From: Haliotis rubra
Taxonomy: Eukaryota
Assembly: GCF_003918875.1 (NCBI RefSeq)
Contig: NW_025767213.1
Coordinates: forward strand, 2,418,001-2,482,000
Direction of reading: 5' to 3'
Length of the DNA stretch: 64,000 nucleotides
Positions 40,569 to 53,940 of the stretch are shown one piece after another. A program made the translations under genes and the position numbers. The notes under the pieces were generated by a model that made no database searches, was not told the DNA's origin, and worked only from the letters and a program-made list of their open reading frames with translations. Positions within the stretch are counted from its first letter, which is position 1, and every line of letters begins with the position of its first letter.

Positions 40569-41190
40569 TGGATGAATCGTATATCTTTAAAAAAGCAATA
40601 ACTAGCGTTTACTTACTACAAAATACGCAGTTTTTATAATTTGTTGCTACAGGAAACGCCATATTTCATTTCTGCAGCTATACAATTCGCATAAACATCT
40701 GTTCTTGTTTCAGTGGCAATATTAGATCTAACTGATTTTGCAACGTCAGGCCGCCATTTTGATGACGTCGGTTTTGCGGCTGTCATGCTGGGAAATGCTG
40801 GGTTACTTGGTCTGTGTATGTCAATGTCTCTACATACGATCACACTCTTATTTGGAAATAATTTACATACTGAGATTTATGTTCCGTTTAATTTTCATCA
40901 GAGCTATAAACTAAGAATTATTTTATATTATTAATTGTGGCGAAATCTTTTCCGCCATATTGCGATCAAACCAAATTTTATCTTTTATCAATGTAAATGT
41001 ATTGACAAATTAGTCTTGCGTATGTATATTAGATTCATTAATTTCGAATTAAATATTACATTGGAAAGTCTGGGTTCTGTGGATCTTTTACGGCGTCATC
41101 ATTAGGGTTGTGAATCGTCACTAATGTTAGACTATATAGGAAGAATTGGTTGTAGCTAAACAAGTCGGGGTATTTCTTTCTTGCTAACTC

Positions 41191-41580
41191 TCATCCCTGT
41201 TTCTGATGTGTTTGGGGCTCTTCTTGGGGCTCTCCTTGTGGTGCAGAAACACCAGCACTTGAGTGGGAGGGAGGAGGAAGATCTCTCTCACTCTCTGCGA
41301 CCTCTGTCTCTATCGTTTCTCTGTTTCTGGTTGACTGTTCGCTGTCGATGAATACATGACACTTCATGGATAACAACTTCTGTCTATTCTTTACACGACG
41401 TTTCAGAGCTAATTCTTGCTCCTTCATCGTCATTTTCACCTGATGAAAGAGCAAGAATTAGCTCTGAAACGTCGTGTAAAGAATAGAAAGAAGTTGCTCT
41501 GAAACGTCGTGTAAAGAATAGACAGAAGTTGTTATCCATGAAGTGTCATGTATTCATGTTCGTCCAACTTCTAAATGCCT
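41191..41580. mobile_element. Penelope-like element end with inverted terminal repeat
   Basis: ~80-bp inverted repeat (41348-41428 versus 41442-41557) containing a hammerhead motif. Confidence 0.75.
41434..41480 (+). ncRNA. Minimal type I hammerhead ribozyme motif (Penelope-type)
   Basis: CAC-CTGATGA-A-AGAGC(AAGAATTA)GCTCT-GAAAC-GTC-GTG: intact core, 5-bp stem II, palindromic ACGT in place of stem III. Confidence 0.75.
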
Positions 41581-41589
41581 TTCGAAAAC

Positions 41590-42184
41590 TTTGTTCGCTG
41601 TCGAGTTCAGGAATGTGGGGACTGGCGATGGGCACACTTTTATGTCCGCACTGCCGAGTGCGCTGTCGTCGCTGATTCGTGCACCAACAATGCGTGAAAT
41701 AGGCGGGCCCAATGCGTATCAATTTCGTGACATGCGCAAACTATGCGTCAAGTCGTCGTGCCATGACCACGTGAACAAGTCGTGACAATACATAAGTCCC
41801 GCCCGCCCACTTCACGACAAGTTAAAAGGCGTGTACATTGCGCAATCTGTCGCGACCATGTCGCACACTATTCGTGATCAAAGCGGACCAATGTGTGACA
41901 CTGTGTGTCAATGCGCGCAAGGCCGGAAATTGACACGCTTTGATACGCACCGCCCGCAGTGTTTGCGAGTAGGTTGCGTAATGTTCATGACTAGTTCACG
42001 CAAGTGGCGCAAAGATTATGCGTACCAGAATTTTTGAATATTTCAAATTTTCTTTGCGCACTGGTACGCAGCCCCGCACAGTTTATGCACACTTGACAAC
42101 AGTTTACACCGAATTTACTCATTTGCACGCAAAATTGCGTACCAGTGCGGGGACAAAATTCGTGCAAGTGTCAGGGTGGCTTAA
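41590..42184. mobile_element. GC-rich non-autonomous DNA transposon fragment (Harbinger-like end)
   Basis: Compositional island ending GTGTCAGGGTGGC-TTAA; other terminus not seen. Confidence 0.45.
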
Positions 42185-42343
42185 GTCAGATACGAGTAGC
42201 TCGTAGAACTCCTTACAATTAAGAAGTGGAGATGGCACCTTAATGTAGAATACATTAATGAAGAAGACGTATTACTATGACTGCTGACGACATTTAAGTC
42301 AAAGTCAAACAGTAGTTGCCATTCCATTCCTCCATAGAAGAGA

Positions 42344-42698
42344 TGAGATGAGATGAAATTGGGTTTTACGTCTTGCTCGAGAATATTTCGCTCATATGAC
42401 GACGTGCATGCGTGTGTATGTGTATGTGCGGCTGCTTGTACTAGCCCAGACTTAAGCTGGTTTTAAAGTGCTAGCCCACTGAGATACCATGCCGCAGTGA
42501 AGCATGAATACCCCACTCAGACACATTATACTGACTCCAAGCCGACCAGTCCTTGTTGTACCCATTAATGCCGAACGCCAGGCAGGGACCAACAAGTACC
42601 ATATTTTAACGTCTTTTGGTATGACGCGGTCGGGGATCGAACCCGCGACCTTCCGCTCTCCGGGCGGACGCTCTAACCACTACACCACGGAGGCGGTC
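42344..42698 (-). mobile_element. Full-length tRNA-derived SINE (second family) with 12-bp TSD
   Basis: Head GACCGCCTCCGTGGTGTAGTGGTTAGAGCG...GGTTCGATCCC, (CATCT)n tail, TSD CCATAGAAGAGA. Confidence 0.92.
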
Positions 42699-42801
42699 CC
42701 ATAGAAGAGAAGAATTGCAAAAAGGCGCGAGATAGTCCCTGAATTACTCCTGTTTATAAGATATAAGACAACATGATATTCAAGCTCACTATTGTTTGTA
42801 T

Positions 42802-43204
42802 AGGGCCTGTAAGTCTCGCGAGGCGCTACTTCCGGTACTGAGCTGGTTCCCGACTCCCTTGCGTTATGCGAGACGGGGCCCAGCTTACTTCCGATGCCAG
42901 TTTTCTGGTGACAAGCCTATATTCGAGAAACAATTCTGGTTCCAAATTGCGCGACCGTCAAATATGACTTTACTAGACCGGACCAAGTGTACAACCATGT
43001 TTCGCTGTAATAGCTGTTGACAGTCGTTATAGTTGGATAATTTGGGGATGGTGAGATCAGAAATGTGTTATTCCTGCAAGGATTATCGGTTCGTTATTGT
43101 CAACTGACAACAATGAGACCATTCGAAAAGGTATGAAACGTTGTTTGTCACCGGAAGTACTAATTTAAGGTCTCGCGAAGTTCCGAGACCAACTTACGGG
43201 CCCT
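42802..43204. mobile_element. MITE
   Basis: TIR AGGGCCTGTAAGT / ACTTACGGGCCCT; inner inverted TACTTCCGGT / ACCGGAAGTA. Confidence 0.75.
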
Positions 43205-43657
43205 ACTAAGAAGGTGCAATAGAGATTTGTCTCTTTTAGTCATGTAGTGATGATTTTCGTATTCTGTGAAACGTAGCACAGTAACAGTTGCACAGGCGAC
43301 TTCCTTCACATATGTGTTAATGAAACTGTTAAATTTATAAAAAGAAAGATTTCAACTCCACATATGAAAGGGTTATCAATAGTTTTTTTTACACAGACAT
43401 TGCTTTGTCTCGGGACCGGTCAATCAGTAACGTAGATTTCCTCACAAACCGACATCGATTTGTTATTTGACCCGAAAAACTCCTTGTATCACACAACGTC
43501 CCTGGCCTCGAGTCACTGTTCATTAACTTGTCTATGGAGACACTTATTTTGTTAGCGATGAAGCTATATACATCATAAATATGTTGACTGCAATAAATAT
43601 TTGCTGAAGTCAAAATATCATGATTATAATTTCAGTGCATGACTTTATCTGTATATA

Positions 43658-43762
43658 CTCATGCCAATAATGGTTGTCACCCCCTTCAATTTTTTTATTG
43701 GAGAGGGTGTGTGGGTGTGGGGTTGGGGTGGGGAAGGGGGTGTCAACCATTATTGGCATGAG
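43658..43762. mobile_element. Tiny Tc1-type MITE inserted at a TA in module A2 copy 5
   Basis: Same TIRs as 2121-2242; the other A2 copies show the empty site TTATCTCAATATTTGATC. Confidence 0.9.
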
Positions 43763-44341
43763 TATATTTGATCGCTGTGAAATACCAAAGGCCAAGCAGA
43801 TGAACTCTTCTCCTGTCCAAAGCGCCAACTCAAATTTGCTTGGCAAATGTAAGGTCATGTGACGTGACACACCAGCGCCCTCTGTATCCCATGTCTGACG
43901 TCAACGGGGTGCTTCCAACTTGCAAATGTTTTGTGAGAGCCAGAGGGCGCAGGGAAACAATGAATAAATCAAATAAAGTGGATTCAGCAGTCTAAGGTTT
44001 GAACAGCAGTTGTTCGTAAGGTCTACTGGAATTAGAAAGTATTTGACGTACTAATTCCTGCCGTATATTTCGTAGAGCAGACAATAAGTTGGCAAAAAGC
44101 ATGTTTGGAACTGTTGGCAAGGTCACGTGACCCAGAATGCTATCGCTTTCCTGGTATTGGTTTTCTAATTTATACCAAGCTAAGGTCTGTTACTGACAGG
44201 AGATCAGATTAGGTCATTTCATCATACGATGCTGACAAATCTCCAGTGTCAAAGATATTTCATTTGTAACAAACAGCACATGTTCATACAGGTCGAAGAC
44301 CTTCCACATTGTCTGAGTTTACAGAGAAGATGGGTATGGTA

Positions 44342-45390
44342 TTATTAACACGGAAAAGCCAGACAAAGTTTTACCATTATTTTGTGACATTATATGTTGT
44401 TGAAAACTGGAAACATCGCAGACCACGGTACACTATCTTACACCTGCCAAGGGTCACATTGATAACGAGCATTGGACATAATCCGGGACCAGTATTTCTA
44501 AAGCTAATAGAACCAAGGTGCAGTACCTTAAACCTGCCAAGGGTCACATTCATAACGAGCATCGGACATAATCCGGGACCAGTATTTCTAAAGCTAATAG
44601 AACCAAGGTGCAGTACCTTAAACCTGCCAAGGGTCACATTGATAACGAGCATCGGACATACCCCGGAACCAGTATTTCTAAAGCTAATAGAACCAAGGTG
44701 CAGTACGTTCATCTGTATTGTATGTTTATATCATATGGTCAAATCCCCTGCCACATATACCTTCGTGGTATACTCGCGACTGGCCATTGATGCTTTGGTT
44801 CAACTGAATGACATAATCTCACGTTCACAATAACAGCGTTGTCGTAGGTTTTATCTGTAGAAGTGGTTATCTGCGATAGCTGGAATAAATATATAATACG
44901 GATGACAGTCACAAACCATTGGGTGGCTGTCCAGTAAATTCACTCAGGTAAGAAACTTTACTTTCTTCTACGTTGTTAAAATCATTATGCTATTTTGTCT
45001 TGAGTTTAATCTGTCGAACCTTAACTATACGTTACACCTCTTGGCACTTCCTTCAGGTTGATGTGAAAAGAGGCATCCTTTATTATATGTGTCATTATAT
45101 TATTACATTCTGTGTTACTATTTAGGATTGTTTATTTGATACTGCTTAACACTACACTGTTTTGGGACTATTATGGAAGGTACAGAGTGTTTTGTGTATT
45201 TTAACTATTGTATTACGTTGTGAACACTATGCTGTTTTGTGACTGTTACAGAATATAGATTGCATGAATGCCCACTGGGGTGATGTGAAGAGTATTGACC
45301 AATTGCATTATGTTGTATACTTTTGAATGTGTATCGTGTGTAACGAATGTACATATGATGTTTTATGTTTTTTGATATCTGGTTGCAAGT
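44342..45390 (+). mobile_element. Diverged solo-LTR-like copy with an internal 90-bp triplication (44443-44709)
   Basis: Reverse-complement homology to 18378-19467. Confidence 0.7.
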
Positions 45391-47062
45391 ATGTACAAAG
45401 TAAGTGACCCTCCCTGCATGTCATGTACAAAATCAATGACCTCCCTTCCCCTTCCCATACGTTTTAAGCGTAATTTTTTAATATTTTAAATGTACAAAAT
45501 TGCTGACCCCCCCTAGTGCCTGTGTACAAAATTGCTGACCACCACCCCTATATGCCCAGAACAAAATGGGTGACCCCCTTAAAATCATCATTAACTGAAA
45601 TTTGCAGTTACTGATTGTAAAATCAGGAGAGGTAAACATTCGTGTCACACGAATTATCTCATTTCCTGTTTATTTGCAAATCTCTTCTGTGATATTCATA
45701 CTATCCGAAAACGTATGTCGAAAATGTTTGTCAAATCTGGAGAAGTAAACATTCGTGTCATACATACGAATTATCTGATTTCCTGTTTATTTTTAGATCT
45801 CTTCTGTGATATTCATACTATCCGAAAACGTATGTCGACGATGTTTTGACACCAACAGCTCATTAGTGGTAGAGGGCATGGGTGGCTCGGTCGTCTGAGG
45901 TCGTCAAACAGCCAGACACAGACATACAGATTGATTCGTATATGTTACCTTAAGGCCAATGGTGGACATCTATATGCACCGCTTCCTTGACAAGAAAGTG
46001 AAAATAAAATTTAAAAAAAAATAAAATACCGAGTGTCTGGGAGAACGTATAATGTCATGGCATTATGCGGATGGTTTTCCCGTATGCGGAGTATATGTCA
46101 TGACAATAGTTTAAATAACACATTGTCATCATCAGTATTAAAAAAGAGAAATAGACTTTTCGCGAGATAGTCTTTTAAACATAACTCTGCGGAATGTATT
46201 TTGTCGTATACAGGTATATTCAGGACAGATTAACATAACATGCCATTCATCTTGCCTGCCTTGGTTATAATACATACTGGGTGTATTTAGAAGATCAGTA
46301 GTTTCAGAAAACCTTGCTGCTCGTATGTTGAAATCATGTACATTACATCTACATATAGTTAACGTACATCGTAGCAGCGCTGATTTGATTCGCATAAGGC
46401 AAATCCCAGGTGAAACATTATATCTGAATTCTGAATAATAGTTTATACAGTTCATTAAACCATTTTTGTTGATAAATATATGAACATCTTTGTTTATGCA
46501 TAGATATAAAAGACTTTCTGTTGCCAATCTCTTGTGTAAGCTAAAATTCGTATCGAAATAATAAATTACGCACAGAAGATACCCAGTTTATATAGCCCAT
46601 GTCATGTAGTCATTTCAGTACATCATAAGAGCGTTTTGATTGTCTTTTTGATGGTTACCTTAGACATTGAAACATTGCAACAAGAAAGTGTCAGTTGACA
46701 AGAAGCAATTGGAGGAATAGTAATTGCAGTTTGAGAAATACGTAATAACAAAGTCATTATTTTCTCTTGATATTCGCATGATTTATTTCCACAAAAATAT
46801 AAATGCAATGATGGACGTTAATATAGTCTTTAAAAGCAGACCTTAATGAACACATAAAACCGGTTAAGAACGACATATCGTAATTCTAAAAGAAGCAATA
46901 ATCTGAAATAGCTTAAACTGTTCTTGACAATAAGATATTTAAGTCGTGTATTTTTTCTGAGAGGCCGGTTTCAGTATAATAAATCTTGGAGAACAAGGGG
47001 CAATACAGGAAGCTAAATATTGAAACTGAATTGCCACAATATCCGTTCTTATCGATTATCTG

Positions 47063-47684
47063 TTAGCCTACCCAAGCACTTAGCACACTAAATATGATGA
47101 ATTGTAAGCCTTAATGGAATATCCCTGACTGCCTACGATGAACCTTTCACGTATCGACTGGCTGTAGCAGACAAATGAGCACCAACAAATACCAGGACAA
47201 ACGTATTCATTTCTTAATAACTGTTATCTGTAGGCAAACACACAGCTTCCATTGGGAGAAATTGAACACTTTAACGCATGAATTATGTATATTGGGATAT
47301 CTGTTACTTACTGTCAAATTGCACTAATCTGATAAATAGCAAAGTCTTGTCACATCCTGTCCCGTTCCCGAATGTAACACCGGCCATGCATATAATGGAA
47401 TTTATCAACGTCGTCTTTTTGCGAAGCTTGCATTAAGAAGCTTACCTGTGATTGATTGCCAACAATCTCCCTTGACACTTGGTCAGTCGGTCAATACCAA
47501 CCACGTGTTACTGTTTCCGAAACAGCGGAACACTAAATATCTCTTTGTCTCGTCTAGCATAAAAAAGTAGGACTACAATCCGGAACGCAATTCCTAGGAG
47601 ATTTCCAAAAACCTAGGCGGGCAATAAAAACTGATTGAGAACAAAAGGGCAGAGATACATGTACATACTTTTCATTTCTTCCAT
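47063..47684 (-). pseudogene. IL17-like: IL-17-like pseudogene, family B (U5), best-preserved 5' end
   Basis: TATATATAA, GGGAAATTC-ATG GAA GAA ATG AAA A|gtatgt, acceptor tcaatcag, FLLPA*VFGNLLG, DCSP, NRYP, HALKC, EYVC, VLSAWVG. Confidence 0.68.
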
Positions 47685-48059
47685 GAATTTCCCTCCGTAT
47701 TTTCGCTTTCTTATATATATATTTCTTTTATAAACTTTGATACGCCAACATAGTTTCCAGCAAGCCGAACTTTCTGGAAAATTCTCACAAAAGTAATACC
47801 TGTTTCTATGGAAGATTTTCAAAAGGCACGCACAATCTGCACACACTGCAACATCATTGCCTCTGGGATGTGTGTCACATTTCTAATGAGGAGAGAACTC
47901 GATTTATTATTAAACATGTGAACCCAATCAACAGGATGGCAGAAATATGATAGTGTTGGCTGACGGCGAATCCGGCAGCGGTTCTGTTGGCAGGGTGGAC
48001 GTGGCAGATTTGTTGTATTTAATTTTACATTAATACTAACAAAAGCACAAAACATAATC

Positions 48060-49440
48060 TAACGTTACAAAACATCTGACAGCTACTCAGACACAGTCTA
48101 CAGAGACACATGTGACAGCCATTTGGACATCCTGAGTCAACGACCCAGACATCTGACAGCTAATTAGACATCATCACAAAACTTCTCTGACACAATCAGG
48201 GACTAGTTGGACATCGCAACAAAACAACACAGACACCATCTGACAAAACCACGACACCATCTGACAACAACACGACATCATCTAACAACAACACAGACAC
48301 CATCTGGCAACAACACAGACACCATCTGACAACAACACTGACACCATATGGCAGCAACACAGACACCATCTGACAACAACACAGACACCATCTGGCAACA
48401 CCACAGACACCATCTGACAACAACACAGACACCATCGGGCAACAACACAGTCACCACGTTGCAACAACACTGACACCATCTGACAACAACACGGACACCA
48501 TCTGGTAACAACACAGACACCATCTGACAACAACACTGACACCATCTGGCAACAACACAGACACCATCTGCAACAACACAGACACAACGTGGCAACAACA
48601 CAGACACCACGTTGCAACAACACAGACACCACGTGGCTACAACACTGACACCATCTGGCAACAACACTGACACCATCTGACAACAACACAGACACCATCT
48701 GGCAACAACACAGACACCATCTGCAACAACACAGACACCATCTGCAACAACACAGACACCATCTGCAACAACACAGACACCATCTGACAACAACACAGAC
48801 ACCATCTGACAACAACACAGACACCATCTGGCAACAACACGACACCATCTGGCAACAACACGACACCATCTGGCAACAATACAGACACCATCTGACAACA
48901 ACACAGACACCATCTGGCAACAACACAGACACCATCTGGCAACAACACAGACACCAACTGACAACAACACAGACACCATCTGGCAACAACACAGACACCC
49001 TCTGCAACAACACAGACACCATCTTACAACAACACAGACACCATCTGACAACAACAGAGACACCATCTGGCAACAACACAGAAACCAATTGGCAACAACA
49101 CAGACACCAACTGACAACAACACAGACACCATCTGTCAACAACACAGAAACCATCTGCAGCAACACAGACACCACGTGGCAACAACACAGACACCATCTG
49201 GCAACAACACAGACACCACGTGGCAACAACACAGACACCATCTGACAACAACACGACACCATCTGGCAACAACACAGACACCATCTGGCAACAACACTGA
49301 CATCATCTGATAACAACACAGACACCATCTGGCAACAACACAGACACCAATTGGCAACAACACTGACACCATCTGACAACAACCTGGACATCATCACACT
49401 GTGACAACTACTCAGACAATATCTGACAGCTACTTAGACA
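48060..49440. repeat. 22-bp minisatellite
   Basis: Unit CAGACACCATCTG(A/G)CAACAACA. Confidence 0.95.
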
Positions 49441-50713
49441 CTCTCAACCAGCAACCCTGTCAGCCACTGTGAGAAAACAAAAGCAGTGATCACAACTGGT
49501 CTGTCACCACCAGGCAGCTCTCCGAGCACTTGCAGAAGAACACCAGTTTCGCAGTTCAATGTAAAGATACGAATTTTTGTGATTTTCTACACTTCTTGAC
49601 CAGACCTTTTCCCACAACCATTAAACGTTTGATCTTACGAGACCGAAAAATCATTTGGAAGAAAATCGTAATTTTTTTTGTTCACGAACGTTATTCTTTT
49701 AGCTGAAAAAGGAACATCGGCTTTCTCAGAGCGGAGTGGTCTGCTCACACCCACTGTGCAATGAATGTGTGTAAAAAGACCAATTTACTCATTACATGAT
49801 GTTCCAACGGCTTTGAGTTTTACAAACATATATTTCTTATAATGACAGCTTAACGCACAAAAGAAATGCACCAAAGTAATATTCTTCAGAACCAAGGTTT
49901 ACATTCTCATTATATTCATTCACATGATAATTACCTGCTACTTGGCAAGTAGTGATATTCAAATACAAACCGATGTTTCCTTTAAGATGATGATAATGAC
50001 GACGTATGCTCCATATGACATGTTATTAAGCCCCGACATAAATACACAATAGCTACCGTTTTACCAGTAACCAACAATGTGATGGTAAAAAGGAACAGTA
50101 ATAACTGGCGTTCACTTACTAAACAACAGGCATTTTCTGCAAATTGTTGCCATATGATACACCATGAATGTCTGCCACGCATGACAACATTACAGCTATA
50201 GGCCAGGGATGGTTCCCGAGAGAGGGTCTTGTGACTTGACGCTGGTGGAACTACGTGACATGATAAGGGCCTCTGAAAGCGGAACGACACCGGGGACAAA
50301 ACTGATGATGCCATATTTCATTCTTGTAGCTATACAATTCGCATTAACATGTTTTCGTGTTTCGGGTTTTTTTTCAGTGTCAAGATAACCCGATTTTGTC
50401 ACGTCAGGCCGCCATTGTGATGACGTCAGTTTTGCTGAAGTGATCGCTAACGTTTATTTATTATACTATCAAAGCGACGTGAATAACAGTCACCCTACTT
50501 TTTACTTACGCCAAGAGGATTTAACGATTTTCGGACTCAGAAACATGTTCCACTTACATCACGCGCTGACAAGTGATGAGTGAAATCCAATGAAACACTT
50601 TGACTTTGTCTATATATAACAGCGTCGCTTGCTATAAACTATCTTCAGTTTTATTCCTGGTCAAACGTGAATTCTAATAATATTCCTAAAGGACATGATC
50701 CATCTTGGGAAAC

Positions 50714-51430
50714 ATAAACAATCCAGCCATTATCGTACCTTAAACTACCTTTAAAGTACAAAGTGACTGAACAGCCGGAATCAGATACCCGGTGTAATCT
50801 AATCTATCAGGCAATGTCTCACTTATTTGAAAAGGCTTTACTGTGAGAGTTATTGTACTGGCGTTATCCATTCCAGCAAAATTGTGACCTTGATCATAGT
50901 GTGGACACACTGGCAGAATGAATTTAAAGCTGAGTCCAAATCAAACATGACTATCTCTGTATTCGTTAAATGCAATTCAAGCATCTGGTCTGATCAGTTC
51001 CTGATCAAAGGCTGAAAAGGGGCCTTGGATTGTTAAACGTCAACAGTAGATTTTAGTGACCACAAATGTATTTTGTTAATCGTAGTTACGAGTAGCCTCC
51101 CGTTGACTATGCCGCAGGTATCGGGGCTTTTAGTTATCCCCCTTTTATAGCTCTTAGTGTTACACGCCCGCGCGCATAGCGGCTGCTGTTTCCAAATCCC
51201 ACTACACACTCCTGACATAGTTGGTATTCAGTGGTAATTTAAGTGGGAGATGTGATCTGCCCCCGCAAGTAGGCATTGCCTTTGTTACTGACATGATGTT
51301 TCATCTTACCATCGGTGTACTGAAGTGGCTTTTCACTTTATGCCGCTTTATGTGTTGTTTTCAAAGTCAAAGAACAAGTTTATTTCCGACTCTCCTCCAA
51401 CGAAAGTTGACATGCTGTAATATAAATAGA
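50714..51430 (+). pseudogene. Family-F pseudogene (U5)
   Basis: ATG>ATA; hydrophobic KGFTVRVIVLALSIPA; relics WYS..VGDVICPRK, RHCLC and LTIGVLKW in cystine-knot order. Confidence 0.35.
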
Positions 51431-53399
51431 AACATGTTCTCTAACATCCCCGTTCCACATTTACGGCTGTTCTCGGAGTATGAATCTTATCTCTTGCAAA
51501 ATTACTCATGAAACTGTAATCGTGACTCATATTCCTGCATTTCGTGATATACAAAAAAACGTACATAATTTAAACTTGACACAATTTTCAATGAATTATG
51601 TCTAACTTGTAGCTGCATCTTGAATTCTTAAATCATGAGAAAACTTCGTGCAACACGTTCATTGAACGCGCTTTACTCAAAGTGCACTATAGTAGATCCT
51701 TTCCCAGGCTAAATTATTTACAGGCTCGCGATATCACTTAAGCCAGAAGTAACTTGTGTTGTGTAATTCAAATCATTGTGCATTATTAAAAGGTTCGTGT
51801 TTCATGTCCGATTTGGCTGCTTTTCTCATGTCGACAAATCATTTATGACGTCAAATCTCTTTATTCCATTACTGAAGAGACCACAGGCCTATAGTACAAA
51901 ATATAAAAACAATAATGGCATACAATCACAATGTTTGCAAACGTTATTTTCTTTGTTCAAAAGCATGGTGGTTATACATACCAAGTTTACGAATATAAGT
52001 TGTATTATTAGAGTTATTATTATTAGTATTATGACGTCATGACTATATCATATTCCAGCATCTCGACGTGCAGGCCTGACGCAGTCAGTTCAGTTTGGGA
52101 GAAAAATATCTTAAATCAGCGTAGACAAAGAAGCGAAATTGTGGCTTGATCCTGACGACAAAGCTAATAAAATACCAGGCTATGAAGACAGTCGCCATCT
52201 CGCCCCAGTGGTACATAACGTTGCTTATCACTGCAAGAACCTGTTGATAAAAGATGACTGCAGCATCGGCTGGGTCGAAGTTTTGCATTAAGGAGATTAA
52301 ATCCAACCACTTGCGTCTTCTGCAATGGCCGAAAATAACCTATAAAGGCACTTGGAACGATTCGTTGTGCTTTGGGGGCGGTAAAGTTGATTGTTTAGGC
52401 ATGTATCTTTCAATAATTTGACTTTTTACAGATTTGTCAATATAGCGGAGCAATGCCGGACAGGGAGCAGTGACCGGAATATGGGACATTGTGTTTGTAA
52501 AGTCATCAACTAGCAACGGTCGTTGAAGCGGACTTCGGGCTCCAGTGTAATTTCCATCTTAACGAGAATTATGTAGAGTAGTCTGTTCTAATCCGTCAAG
52601 TAACCTGAGGTGGTAGCCATCTTGGACTCATGTAAAACACGTGACAACAAGACAAGGGAGGTAATCACCTTACAGTCTCAACGAGATGATTGGTACTTTT
52701 GAATGATAGTTGTATGTTTTGTCAGACGCAACCTCTCGGTTTCACAAATTGGAGGTATTTAAGGATGTGTTTAACAGCTTAGAAAGCACACAGATTTCAC
52801 CGATCGGTACATATAAATAAATGAACCTAACACCGCCACCGCAAGTGTAACCAGTGCGACTCCACATTGGTGATGATGAATGAACTCACACATATCCGCC
52901 TCAGTTGTCACAAGGATATATAATTATTATTATTATTGGATATTTATATAGCGCACATATCCACGCACTAGTGCATGCTGAAGGCTCTGGGTAGCTTGGG
53001 TACCTGAAAGGGACTTCCGTACAGAAGTTACAGTAGTTTTAGTGTTAAGTGGGCCCCGGCGTCTTGACCAACAAAGAAACGTGTACCTAGAAATGAACTC
53101 TTTTGAAAATGGATATCTAACAATGCATAATACAAATGTCATCATCAAGTTTCGTCCTTTGGTGCCATGGTTTTCTGGTCCGTATGGTAACTACCACTGG
53201 GGTACAAGCTATTAGGAATTAACATAAAAGCAACTAATAGCAACTTTCCACAATCATAATTTTAAAGGAATTCGCTTTCAGCAGAGTTCATTGTACCATT
53301 CCGACTATATCATAAGCATGTTTTGATACAAGGCGTTAGTAAGGGCGAGACAATCCTCCCCAATCTGGACAAATGCAGGCCATTCATGGAATGCCATCA

Positions 53400-53940
53400 T
53401 CATAGAGTGATAATTATGCGTACCATGACAGCACTACTGAGGCCTTGAATGTGATGACCTTGATCAAACCACGTTGGAGCAAGAGCGGTATGACATTCTG
53501 TGAAATCTTTCTAGAAAAAAAACATGTACGATTGTTCCTCAAAAGTATGGAAATGTTGACACCAAAGGTTGGAGCTGCTGGAACTTTCAACTTGTAGGGA
53601 TATTTGACCATTGGGAAGTTGAAATCCTCACTCTTTCCGCTTGAAGATCTGCTGTAGGTGCTTTATTTCCATTCTGAATCTTTACCTACAGAACCAAACA
53701 TACAACAGACTTTTCCATGGTCTCCTTTATTTCCAGTTCAGGTGGGTAAATCCGTGGAAAGGTATGCGATATGACACTTATTGAATGATGCCTCATCGTC
53801 GATATACCTGAAGCATAACTTTAACTGCCTGGTCCCACGTTTGCATTTTACCAACCCGAGCTGAAATTCCGATTTACATACATAAAGAAATAGATCACCA
53901 AGACTGGGAGCCAAACCGCTGTCCGTGGGGAGGCACGATA
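53400..53940 (-). mobile_element. Degenerate Penelope-like reverse transcriptase (C-terminal half)
   Basis: LAPSLGDLFLY, FRYIDD, IYPPELEIKET and DFNFPMVKYP...PTFGVNIS.LLR..R.C in correct order. Confidence 0.85.

Larger units (their letters stand above)
33170..43200. repeat. Segmental-duplication unit U4
   Basis: A1 33170-33560, A2 33930-34460, D, B, satellite, E, C and F remnants collinear with U3. Confidence 0.9.
43210..51450. repeat. Segmental-duplication unit U5
   Basis: A2 43560-44280, D remnant 45630-45900, B, satellite, E, C, F. Confidence 0.88.

Noticed and set aside
44309-44833. 174-aa ORF with three 30-aa repeats
   Set aside because: Caused by a 90-bp triplication inside an LTR-like element.
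48196-49397. Long Cys-rich ORFs (up to 371 aa) resembling keratin-associated or metallothionein proteins
   Set aside because: Translation of a 22-bp stop-free satellite; the same peptides appear in all frames.
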